The position numbers were made by a program, and so were the translations under genes. The notes beneath the pieces were generated by a model, which saw only the letters and a list, made by a program, of their open reading frames with translations, had not been told where the DNA came from and ran no database searches. A stretch of 64,000 nucleotides of DNA, taken from an uncultured cyanobacterium. GTDB taxonomy: Bacteria > Cyanobacteriota > Cyanobacteriia > Cyanobacteriales > Cyanobacteriaceae. Shown here piece after piece: positions 51,251 through 60,770 of the stretch. Position 1 is the stretch's first letter. Each line of letters opens with the position of its first letter. The DNA lies in the NCBI GenBank assembly GCA_963710605.1, contig CAVQBA010000004.1, positions 32,001 through 96,000 of the forward strand. The letters are read 5' to 3'.

Positions 51251-53023
51251 ATGTCAAAGGTAGATTCAAATTACATCGGCAAATATTCTTATCTTATATT
51301 AGTACTTTTGAGTACTTTGTTTTTAAATAGTTGCGAGAAAGAACAAGTACTATTATCAAATACTGAAAATAAAAATGAAGATATCGTTGAGCTTCAAAAG
51401 AAAGAAGATGTCGTTGATGTTCAAAATAAACTATCGATGGGTATCAATTTGAATGGAATTTCTTTTTGGTCAACGCAACTACCTTTTATGAACCATTTTA
51501 AATCTTCTCGTGAGTGGAGAACTCATTGTGCTAGAAAAGAAGTTGAATGCGAGAAAAAAAGAGATACTAAAGAATACGATTTATTAGATTTAGATGAAAA
51601 TGGTTGGGTTAAGTCACTTCCGAAACCAGAAGATACACCTAAATATACTCGTGTTAGTACTTCTATGTTTATCGGGATGAAAGATAATGAATTTACTCCA
51701 GGTAGATATCTCGTTTTATATGATGGTGAAGGAAAAATAGAATATAGTGGCAAAGCTAAAAAAATTGCTGAGGACTCTCAACCTCAAAGAGACGTTATTT
51801 TTCTCGATAATAGTACAGATAAAGGACTAGTATTAACTATTGCAGAAACTGATCCTAACCAAACTGGTAATTACATTCGTAATATTAAGGTAATAGAAGA
51901 AAGATATGAATCAGTTTCACAGCAAGGAGCAATTTTTAATCCATTGTTTATAGAAAGAATCAAGCCTTTTAGTACTCTTCGTTTTATGAATTGGATCGAG
52001 ACAAATAACTCTAAGCAAGAACAATGGCAAGATCGACCAAAAGTAGCTAATCGTAACTATTTCAAAACTGGCGTACCGATTGAAATTATGGTAGCTTTAG
52101 CAAACGAGTTAGATCAAGATCCTTGGTTAAATATACCTCACTTGGCTACGGATGAATATATAACTAATTTTGCTCAATTAGTTAAAGAAAACTTAGATAA
52201 CGATCGCCAAATATATATCGAGTTTTCAAATGAAGTCTGGAATTTCGGTTTTCAACAAAGTAAATATGCCGCCGCACAAGGTAAAGCTAGATGGAATAAG
52301 GAAGAAAACTCTTATTTACAGTGGTACGGTATGAAAACGGCTCAAATGTGCGATATTTGGAAAACAGTTTTTGCAGAAGAAAAAGACAGAGTTAAATGTG
52401 TAATTTCGACTCATACAAACGTAGAAGGGCGAGAAGAAGCTGTTTTAGATTGTCCTTTATGGGTTGCAGAAGGTAATAAACCTTGTTTTGAACACGGAAT
52501 ATCTATATATGCTATTAGTGGTTATTTTGGTGGTGAGTTAGGAAAAAAAGAAACCGTTCCTATCATAGAATCTTGGTTAAATCAACCTGATGGAGGATTT
52601 GAAAGTGCTTTTACGCAACTCAAAACAGGTGGTCTATTAGCTAACAAAAAACCAAGTAGTTTACAAGAAAAATATGATCTTTTTGTCTATCATAATCAAG
52701 TAGCCAAAGAAAAAAATTTAGAATTAGCTGTTTATGAAGGTGGGCAACATATTGTCGGTAGAGCAAGAGTCAAAAATAACAAACAATTAACGAGTTTTTT
52801 CCAAGAATTAAATCGTCATCCTCAAATGTATGATCTTTACGATGAATTACTCAATACATGGGCAGATTCAGGCGGAGGATTATTCATGCATTTTTCTGAT
52901 GTTAAACCAGTTAATAAACACGGTAGCTGGGGATCTTTAGAATACTTGAATGATACTGATGCACCTAAATATAATGCTTTGATTGATTTTATTAATAAAC
53001 ATAATACACAATCTAAAAAATAA
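51251..53023 (+). CDS. Lipoprotein with a GH-A-like ('cellulose-binding protein'-type) domain
   Basis: Lipobox-like FLNSC; MGINLNGI, LRFMNW, IEFSNEVWN, VYEGGQHI; paralog of the C-domain of 40241-43484. Confidence 0.75.
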   Translation: MSKVDSNYIGKYSYLILVLLSTLFLNSCEKEQVLLSNTENKNEDIVELQKKEDVVDVQNKLSMGINLNGISFWSTQLPFMNHFKSSREWRTHCARKEVECEKKRDTKEYDLLDLDENGWVKSLPKPEDTPKYTRVSTSMFIGMKDNEFTPGRYLVLYDGEGKIEYSGKAKKIAEDSQPQRDVIFLDNSTDKGLVLTIAETDPNQTGNYIRNIKVIEERYESVSQQGAIFNPLFIERIKPFSTLRFMNWIETNNSKQEQWQDRPKVANRNYFKTGVPIEIMVALANELDQDPWLNIPHLATDEYITNFAQLVKENLDNDRQIYIEFSNEVWNFGFQQSKYAAAQGKARWNKEENSYLQWYGMKTAQMCDIWKTVFAEEKDRVKCVISTHTNVEGREEAVLDCPLWVAEGNKPCFEHGISIYAISGYFGGELGKKETVPIIESWLNQPDGGFESAFTQLKTGGLLANKKPSSLQEKYDLFVYHNQVAKEKNLELAVYEGGQHIVGRARVKNNKQLTSFFQELNRHPQMYDLYDELLNTWADSGGGLFMHFSDVKPVNKHGSWGSLEYLNDTDAPKYNALIDFINKHNTQSKK

Positions 53024-53050
53024 TATTGATTCAAAAAATATCAATTAATT

Positions 53051-54085
53051 TCAAGCAAATAAGTTTTTAAGATAATTAACTATTGATACTTGTTTTAAAC
53101 TAGATCGATAAGAAGAAAGACGTTCAATTTGATAAACAGAAAATTTAGAAGTGATATTTAATATTTCTGATAAATCTTTAAATTGTGGTCGAATATTTTC
53201 TTCTATTTTATAACCCATTTCTTGCATATATTTACCTGTAATTAATTGACAAATCCATACTTCTGTAGCTGTTAGGTTACGTTTTTTTTGTCCTTGAAAA
53301 GACGTGTTTTTGTTTTTTACTTCAATGGCTTTAGACATTTTAGTATCTAGAAAACTAGCTAATTGTTGGGCTTGTTCATCAGGGTTAGCCACTAATTTTT
53401 CAAACTGAATGATATGGACAGGGGCTTTTTTTGTTTTGATAAACTTTGTAACTTTTTGATATGCCATTTTCCAATATAAAGCATAAGCTAATGGATGATA
53501 TTGTCTATTAGTTCCATCTACTCCTTTCTCTTCAGGTAAATTTTTAAAAGAAGACATTACCTTACGTGGATTTCGCACTAAAAAAACAAACTTAATTTCG
53601 GGAAATAAATCATGTAATGCATCCATATGCATAAAGTCTTGAGGAGTCTTATAACCCCAATTGTGACGATCGTGATGTAAAGCAATTCTAGTCAACCATT
53701 CTTCTAAAACTTGATCCCATAACACATCTTGTCCTTCAAACGTTTGAAAAGCACATTCTTCCATTTTATCAACATCATCCCAAGTACAGTCATGCTGAAA
53801 ACTATAATTATTATGTTTTATTCTTGCTCTCAAAGACCAACCTAATTTGTTGAGCAATTGTTTGATTTGTGCTGAGGTTAAATACTGATCATCTTTTATT
53901 TTCATCGATTTTACTTGCTGATAAGCATACAAATCGTCGAAGACATACCAATCGTCTAATTGAGATAAAACATTAGATAAAAAAGATGAACCACTTCTGG
54001 GTAAACCGACTATTACTACGGGTGGTTTTGATTTTTTGACAAGCGGTGTGATTGAAAATAAAGGACTAACACTTTCGTTACTCAT
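53051..54085 (-). CDS. Sulfotransferase
   Basis: IVGLPRSGSSFL, WGYKTP, LVRNPRKVMSS. Confidence 0.85.
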   Translation of the reverse strand: MSNESVSPLFSITPLVKKSKPPVVIVGLPRSGSSFLSNVLSQLDDWYVFDDLYAYQQVKSMKIKDDQYLTSAQIKQLLNKLGWSLRARIKHNNYSFQHDCTWDDVDKMEECAFQTFEGQDVLWDQVLEEWLTRIALHHDRHNWGYKTPQDFMHMDALHDLFPEIKFVFLVRNPRKVMSSFKNLPEEKGVDGTNRQYHPLAYALYWKMAYQKVTKFIKTKKAPVHIIQFEKLVANPDEQAQQLASFLDTKMSKAIEVKNKNTSFQGQKKRNLTATEVWICQLITGKYMQEMGYKIEENIRPQFKDLSEILNITSKFSVYQIERLSSYRSSLKQVSIVNYLKNLFA

Positions 54086-54403
54086 TTGTAATTATTAATG
54101 AATTTTATCTCGATGAACTCTGATTATATAATATATTTAAAAATGTGGCTATAAAATAAAAATTATCATCTTTAATCAAATAATTATTCAGGACAAGTTT
54201 TAAATTAAAATTATTTAAGAAAAAATTTTTTACTTGCTGAATCGATTCTGGTTTTAGCAACTAATCAAAAGATGTCTAGAGGAATAGATAATCAATCAAA
54301 ACAATGGTTAATTATTTTCATAATTGTAATAATGAGCATTCTTTAATTTGTTTTAAGTAAAACTCAATCAGTTTAATTATTAACTGATCAATTTCTAATT
54401 AAT

Positions 54404-56023
54404 ATGAATAAAATTATCGAATATACCGCTTCAATGGTAACTAATGATGGGGTTAAACTTGCTAGCGATATTTATCGCCTAGATACTAATCAGAAATTAC
54501 CTGTATTGTTGATGCGTCAGCCTTATGGTAAAACGATCGCTTCTACGGTAGTATATGCCCATCCTCGTTGGTATGCACAGAATGGCTATATTGTCGTTAT
54601 ACAAGACGTTAAAGGGAGAGGAGATTCTGAAGGAGAATTTGAACTTTTTAGCAATGAAATCAAAGATACAGAAGAGACGATTAATTGGGTAAGTCGGTTA
54701 GAGGGCAGTAATGGCAAGGTGGGAATGTATGGGTTTTCTTATCAAGGAATGACTCAACTTTACGGGGCGATTAGTCAGCACGAAGCCTTAAAAACTATTT
54801 GCCCGTCGATGGTGGCTTTTGATTTATACTCAGATTGGGCATACGAAAATGGTGTTTTTTGTTATCAAATAAATTTAGCTTGGGCAATACAATTAGCATT
54901 AGAAACTGCGCGTTTAAAACGTGATTTATCTGCTTATAAGTTACTTTATTTAGCTAGTCGTAATTTACCTGTTCATGACATTCCTTTGAATTTAGAAAAA
55001 GCCTTAAAAAAATATTGTCCTAGTAATTTTTATTATCAATGGTTAAATCATCCTGAAAAAGATCGTTATTGGCAAGATTTATCTCCTCAAACTTACTTTA
55101 AAAATATCGATTTACCGATGCTTCATATTGGTGGTTGGTTTGATCCTTATTTACGAGGAACTTTTAATTTATATCAACATATGAAATGTAAAAGTAAGTT
55201 TCAGCAATGTTTAGTTGTTGGTGCTTGGGGGCATATTCCTTGGGGTAACAGTCTAGGTAATCATTATTATACAACTGCTAATAATAACAATATTAATGAA
55301 TTACAAATAGCTTGGTTTGATAAATATCTAAAAGGAAAAGAAAACCCTAATTTTCCGAAGCAAAATATTAATTTATTTCAAATGGGTAGTAATCAATGGT
55401 TAAATTTTGATACACTCAATCGAAATAATACAACTACTTTTTATTTGAACAGTACGGGATTAGCTAATCTTCGTGATGATGATGGAAAATTAATTACTGA
55501 TAATCAGCTTAATAATAATCATAATGAGGATATAATCGTTCATGATTGGTGGCAATCGATTCCCAGTCTCGGCGGTCATGCTATGATACCTGCTGGTAGT
55601 TTCGATCGTAGTAAAATAGATAATTACAGTGATGTAATAACTTATACTTCTGCTTTTTTAACAGATGAATTAGATATTATCGGACAGATTAAATTAGAAC
55701 TTTTTTTAGAAGCCGATGCTGAAGAATTTGATTTGTCTGTGGTAGTTTCTCAGGTATTTACTGATGGCAAAGTCTATAATTTTACGCAAACACAAGCCAA
55801 AATAAAACAAGTAGATTTAGAAAAAGCGATCGTGATAAAATTACAACCTACTTGTATCAAATTAGCTAAAAATACAGCTCTTCGTTTAAGCTTGAGTACA
55901 GGTGCTTTTCCTGCTTATAAAGATTTAAGTATTGAAGAAAAGTTTAATGCTCAACCAATGACAATCAAAGTTTTATCAGGTAAACAAAAACCTTCACGAC
56001 TATTATTAGTTAACTTTAGTTAA
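54404..56023 (+). CDS. CocE/NonD-family serine hydrolase
   Basis: DGVKLASDIY, MRQPYGK, QDVKGRGDSEG, nucleophile elbow GFSYQG, GGWFD, GAWGH. Confidence 0.9.
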   Translation: MNKIIEYTASMVTNDGVKLASDIYRLDTNQKLPVLLMRQPYGKTIASTVVYAHPRWYAQNGYIVVIQDVKGRGDSEGEFELFSNEIKDTEETINWVSRLEGSNGKVGMYGFSYQGMTQLYGAISQHEALKTICPSMVAFDLYSDWAYENGVFCYQINLAWAIQLALETARLKRDLSAYKLLYLASRNLPVHDIPLNLEKALKKYCPSNFYYQWLNHPEKDRYWQDLSPQTYFKNIDLPMLHIGGWFDPYLRGTFNLYQHMKCKSKFQQCLVVGAWGHIPWGNSLGNHYYTTANNNNINELQIAWFDKYLKGKENPNFPKQNINLFQMGSNQWLNFDTLNRNNTTTFYLNSTGLANLRDDDGKLITDNQLNNNHNEDIIVHDWWQSIPSLGGHAMIPAGSFDRSKIDNYSDVITYTSAFLTDELDIIGQIKLELFLEADAEEFDLSVVVSQVFTDGKVYNFTQTQAKIKQVDLEKAIVIKLQPTCIKLAKNTALRLSLSTGAFPAYKDLSIEEKFNAQPMTIKVLSGKQKPSRLLLVNFS

Positions 56024-56215
56024 CGTCTATGATTAGCATTGAACTTAAGTTCAAGGCTTAAATGAAATCGTTCAATAAATTGAACTAAAATTATGTTTTA
56101 ACTATGCTGTTTTTTGCTATCAAATAATATTGACCAAATTAAAGAATATTTAATTCTCAATTGTTAATTGATATTGAACTAAACTGAAGTATTATCAACT
56201 CTCTCTTGGCACTGT

Positions 56216-56899
56216 TTACTGTTTCCATGCAGGGTGAGCAAACATCGCATCAATCACTCTTACACCTCTTAGTTGATTTGATAAGGGTAAATGCCCAACA
56301 GGTGCGTCTAAACTCCAAATAAACTCATGAGGATATTTAGTCCATTTGTTACCTGCTTTCCATTTTAATTTTGTCCATAGTTGAGTGTAATCTTTGCCTA
56401 ATGCTAACCACATTTTACGTTGAATCCGATAACCAAATTTACCTTCGGAATAGACTTGCCAAAGTTGATCGATCGTGTTTAAATCAGTGATAGAAAATTT
56501 TTCGACTTCGGTAAAATAAACCCATTTTCTCTCGATCGCATTTTTTCCTGCTAATTGACACAATTTTACTCTAGTTAAAGCATCGGCTTCCTGAAATTTT
56601 TGCTGTAGCAATAACTGTTGTAAATCTTGATAATCAAGCTCATTATCTGAATTAAAATTGACTAATCCGTGAGGATATTTTTCTTGAATAAAATCACAAT
56701 TGATTGTCGCTTCGCTTTTACTTAAAGTTAGAAAAGCTTTTCCCATTATTGGTGTAGCATCACCTTCACAGGAGTTTAAAAATTCTCTTAAAAATTGATA
56801 ACCGTCATCCCCTTGATTAACTATTTTTTCGATTAAAGGAAGTTTATTTTTATCATTTGTTGCCGTAAATTTTTCTTTAAGAATTTCTAAATTAGTCAT
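56216..56899 (-). CDS. gun4: GUN4 (Ycf53) Mg-chelatase cofactor
   Basis: RKWVYFTEV, LWQVYSEGKFG, APVGHLPLSNQLRG, HPAW. Confidence 0.9.
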   Translation of the reverse strand: MTNLEILKEKFTATNDKNKLPLIEKIVNQGDDGYQFLREFLNSCEGDATPIMGKAFLTLSKSEATINCDFIQEKYPHGLVNFNSDNELDYQDLQQLLLQQKFQEADALTRVKLCQLAGKNAIERKWVYFTEVEKFSITDLNTIDQLWQVYSEGKFGYRIQRKMWLALGKDYTQLWTKLKWKAGNKWTKYPHEFIWSLDAPVGHLPLSNQLRGVRVIDAMFAHPAWKQ

Positions 56900-57105
56900 C
56901 TTTGTCTATGTTTTTAATATTATTAAATTAGATTCTTTATCTAATATTTATTAACGGAAAAAATAATTTATAGTTATTTGGGAATGTCTTATTAAGAGTA
57001 ACAGATCCAACTTATGATTGATGAAGCTAGGACAAAAAACTTAAACTTTTGTATTTAATCTCATTATATCTAAATCGTACACGAACGAATCTAACTGATT
57101 TTAAG

Positions 57106-57882
57106 CTAAGGTAATTGATTAGTAAAAGTAATTAGGTAAGCATAAGCACAAACAATAGCAAATACTGCACCGATAAAAGTATTGATAATATTAACAATTT
57201 CGTTAGTTAACCAAGTCAATTTTTCTTGTAAGGTAGCACCAATTACGCTTTCTATATTCGTTGCGACAAATGCCGCTAAGACACAAATAAAGACGGCTAA
57301 GATGTCAATTAAACCGATCGACCAAGCTAAGACCGAAATTACCACACTAGCTATGATACCAGCTAAAGTACCCTCTAAGCTAACTGCTCCTTCTGTGCCT
57401 CTTGGTACAGGTTGAAAATTAGTAATCAAAAAAGTACTTTTACCATAAACTTTACCAATTTCACTAGCACAAGTATCTGAAAGTTTAGTCGCAAAACTAG
57501 CCACATAACCAATCACAAATAAGGATTTATACTCAGTAGGAGCAAAAACCGCTCCTAAGGCACAGATAGTGGCAATTAAAGCACTACCCCAAACATTTTC
57601 AGGACCTCTTTTTCCTTCTCGTTTTTCAGCTATTCCCGCCGCTTCTTTTTGAGCCATACCGACACGAGTAATCCCTGAGCCAACTAAAAAGTAAAACATA
57701 ACTACTACGTAACCTTGCCATTGTAGGCATCCCCAGACAATTACTCCTAATACCCACGCATTGAGATAGCCCATTACGGTAAGTAGTTTTTTAGGTAATA
57801 TTAAGGCAATGACTAATAAAAAGGTATTGAGACAAATGGCAAATAACCAATGGTTATCAAATATCAATGAAAGGTTATTCAT
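57106..57882 (-). CDS. TIGR00297/DUF92 membrane protein (VTE6-like)
   Basis: RGPENVWGSA, KLSDTCASEIGK, GTEGAVSLEGT, ESVIGATLQ. Confidence 0.88.
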   Translation of the reverse strand: MNNLSLIFDNHWLFAICLNTFLLVIALILPKKLLTVMGYLNAWVLGVIVWGCLQWQGYVVVMFYFLVGSGITRVGMAQKEAAGIAEKREGKRGPENVWGSALIATICALGAVFAPTEYKSLFVIGYVASFATKLSDTCASEIGKVYGKSTFLITNFQPVPRGTEGAVSLEGTLAGIIASVVISVLAWSIGLIDILAVFICVLAAFVATNIESVIGATLQEKLTWLTNEIVNIINTFIGAVFAIVCAYAYLITFTNQLP

Positions 57883-58011
57883 ACAAAAAAATTGAGAATA
57901 TAATTACCATAATAAAGTGCTTCAGACGTATTTATGCTACGTCTGTACACCAGATTTTAATTATAAGTAATTTATTTAATTAAATAAAATTTTTGTCCGT
58001 CTAACTTTTTT

Positions 58012-58558
58012 TTAAACAGCAATCGATTTAGATAAATATCCCATTTTTTCTAAACCAGCAAATACTTTATTGACACTCTCGTCTAACTCTTCTAAATCAG
58101 TACGACATTCAATCTCTGGGTTTGTAGGTGGCTCATAAGGATCGCTTATACCTGTAAACATTTTGATTTCACCCGATTCGAGCTTTTTTGTATAAGCCTT
58201 TTACGTCTCTATCTTCACAAACAGATAAAGGTGCATTAACAAAAACTTCCACAAAATCACCAATTTTTTCTTTTAACTCTTCTCTAATAGCACGATAAGG
58301 AGAAATAGCGGAGACAAGTACGATTACTCCGTTACGAGTTAACAATTGAGAAACAAAACCAATACGACGAACATTAGTATCTCTATCTTCTTTGCTAAAA
58401 CCCAAACCTTTGGTTAAATTAGTCCGTACGATGTCTCCATCAAGTACTTCTAGTTTGTAACCTTCTTCTCTTAATTTAGCTTCTACTTTTTCGGTGATTG
58501 TACTTTTACCTGCACCGCTTAATCCGGTAAACCATAGTGTTACGCCTTTTTGTTCCAT
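58012..58558 (-). CDS. cysC: Adenylyl-sulfate kinase (frameshift near 58175)
   Basis: [31 protein letters not shown]; the shifted frame reads [18 protein letters not shown]...SIAV*. Confidence 0.93.
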
Positions 58559-58768
58559 GATTTTCTCTAATTATTTTTACTAAAATTTAATCTGTCCTCA
58601 AGTATTGTACTAGTAACAATTGACAATTGACAATTGATACAGTTGATAGGGATTAGAAATTAGGTGTATTTGTGTTAAAGATTAGGGGAATGAAACTCTC
58701 AAAGTACTAATTCTCAACGACGCAGGCTACCACCGTAATTCTCAATTCTTATCTTATCTGTTCATTGT

Positions 58769-59695
58769 TTAAGATTTGATTGATGATAGATTACCAGCTA
58801 ATATTTTCAAATAGTCGTGTAATCGATCGATTGTAGCTTCTTTATCATCTTGGCAATGTTCACATATTTGATTAAGATTATCTAAAGACTGAAATAATGT
58901 CTGTGCTTGATCATTAATTTCTTCACTTTTATCTTCTAATATTGGGGTGATAGATTCTAAGGAGTCAAATAATTCTTGATATTGTTCTTGTAACTCACTA
59001 GAGCTACTATCAAATAAAAGTGCGATCGCTTCTGTTATGTTTGTGATGATATCTTGACTTCGATCGCCTAAATTTTGGATTTCGGGTTTAATTTCAGCAA
59101 ATTGACTTAAAAAATCTTCACTTTGTTCGCTGATAAAACTTTTGACTTCCTCATCATAAAATTCATCAAGATTATCTTTTTCTTCAGTTAAAACTTCTTG
59201 ATAATTTTGCAATCCTCTGAGCATGACGTTATTAATAAAGTCACCTGTATTTTCTAAATTTTGTTCTAATTGCGGTTCGATTTCGTTAACTTTTTCGTTA
59301 AAAGAAGTGACAATTGTTTCTAACTCTTCTAACTCATCATTAATATCTTGTTTGCTATCTTGCATTTTACCCACAGCATCAACCATATCTTGTTTGATTT
59401 CGATCGTTGATTGTTCGTTTTGCTCGATAAAACCATCAATTTTAGTTTCTAGATTTTCTAATTGCTCTAATCGTGATTGAGTATGATTGGTAAATTGTGT
59501 TTCTAAACGATCGATTTGTCTTAATAATGATTGTGCCGAATCCATTAAACTCGTCCATTGCGCGTCCATTACCGAATCACTTTGAGTTAGTAATTCTTCC
59601 AAATCTTCAATGTTATCATTAGTGGCTTTTTTTTCGGCTTCAAAACTTAACAAATTTTCGTAAGCTGAGGCGACTATATCAATAAAAATAGGCAT
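58769..59695 (-). CDS. Acidic coiled-coil/helical hypothetical protein (array member 5)
   Basis: 308 aa, E/Q/D/L-rich, heptad-like pattern, few Pro or Gly. Confidence 0.7.
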   Translation of the reverse strand: MPIFIDIVASAYENLLSFEAEKKATNDNIEDLEELLTQSDSVMDAQWTSLMDSAQSLLRQIDRLETQFTNHTQSRLEQLENLETKIDGFIEQNEQSTIEIKQDMVDAVGKMQDSKQDINDELEELETIVTSFNEKVNEIEPQLEQNLENTGDFINNVMLRGLQNYQEVLTEEKDNLDEFYDEEVKSFISEQSEDFLSQFAEIKPEIQNLGDRSQDIITNITEAIALLFDSSSSELQEQYQELFDSLESITPILEDKSEEINDQAQTLFQSLDNLNQICEHCQDDKEATIDRLHDYLKILAGNLSSIKS

Positions 59696-59816
59696 TTTTT
59701 AAATTTTTTAAGATAATTTTGGTGAAAGGGCAAAGGTAAATTAAAAGTTAAGAGGCAAAAGGCAAGAGGCAAGAGATAGTTGATAATTTTTCTTTTTTCA
59801 TTCTCAATTCTTAAAC

Positions 59817-60749
59817 CTACTCTTCATTGATTTGTTTTAAGGTTTCAACCATGTCATCACAAGTTGTTTGTAAATTTTCAGTGTGAGTGATTATATTTTC
59901 TGTACCTTCTGCTAACAACTCTTGTAACTCTTCAATACGATGTTGTTGCTCATCAATCGGTGTAAAAGAATCACTAACTAGGTTATTAAATTGGTTATTA
60001 GCATCTGTCAAAGATGACTGGTGTTGTTCTAAATTAGAACCATGATGATCACTAAATTGCTCAACTTGTGCAATAATTTGTTCAGAATTAAGCTTAATAT
60101 TTTCTGTTAATCTAGTTTCAAGTTCAGATAACTCTTGCTCGAAAACGGCTTCTATTTCATCGTTAATGTTTTCTTGGCTTGATTCTAATTCCTCTTCTAC
60201 TAAACTAATTTGCTCTTGTACCAAATCTTGGAAAGAATTAATTTTTTGTCCTAAAATATTGATTTCTTGTTCGGTAGAATCCCAAGCGATATCGATCGTG
60301 TTATTATGAGTTTCTAAATTTGACCATAACTGATTAAAAGTACCCACTCCTTGAGCCAAAATTTGCAAATGATTATCACCCATCGTCTCTAACTGTTGTT
60401 CAAATTGCTCAAAATAATCATTAATCGCCTCCATCGGCTCGGTTAACTCCTCTCTCTGCTCAAGCATACTTCGGTTTAGCTGTCGTATTTTTGCCCCCAC
60501 TCTTACCATCTGTGTTTGTAGAGAAGATTGCTCTGTAGCAACAAGGTTAGGAAAACTTTGTAGTTTAGATTGTACTTCTTGTAATACTTCGATCGTATCA
60601 GCTTGTTTAGTATTATTTTCGGTAATAATTTCAGCTAGGTTTTCACGAACATCATTAAGTTTTTCTCTCATCTGACTTGACTCTTCGGCTAGACGAGATT
60701 TCACCTCAGAAATATATTTTAAGTTAAAGATTAAATCTTCGTAATTCAT
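59817..60749 (-). CDS. Acidic coiled-coil/helical hypothetical protein (array member 4)
   Basis: 310 aa with the same composition; AGAGGA RBS-like sequence upstream. Confidence 0.7.
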   Translation of the reverse strand: MNYEDLIFNLKYISEVKSRLAEESSQMREKLNDVRENLAEIITENNTKQADTIEVLQEVQSKLQSFPNLVATEQSSLQTQMVRVGAKIRQLNRSMLEQREELTEPMEAINDYFEQFEQQLETMGDNHLQILAQGVGTFNQLWSNLETHNNTIDIAWDSTEQEINILGQKINSFQDLVQEQISLVEEELESSQENINDEIEAVFEQELSELETRLTENIKLNSEQIIAQVEQFSDHHGSNLEQHQSSLTDANNQFNNLVSDSFTPIDEQQHRIEELQELLAEGTENIITHTENLQTTCDDMVETLKQINEE

Positions 60750-60770
60750 GTTTTTAGTCCTCTAATTTGG

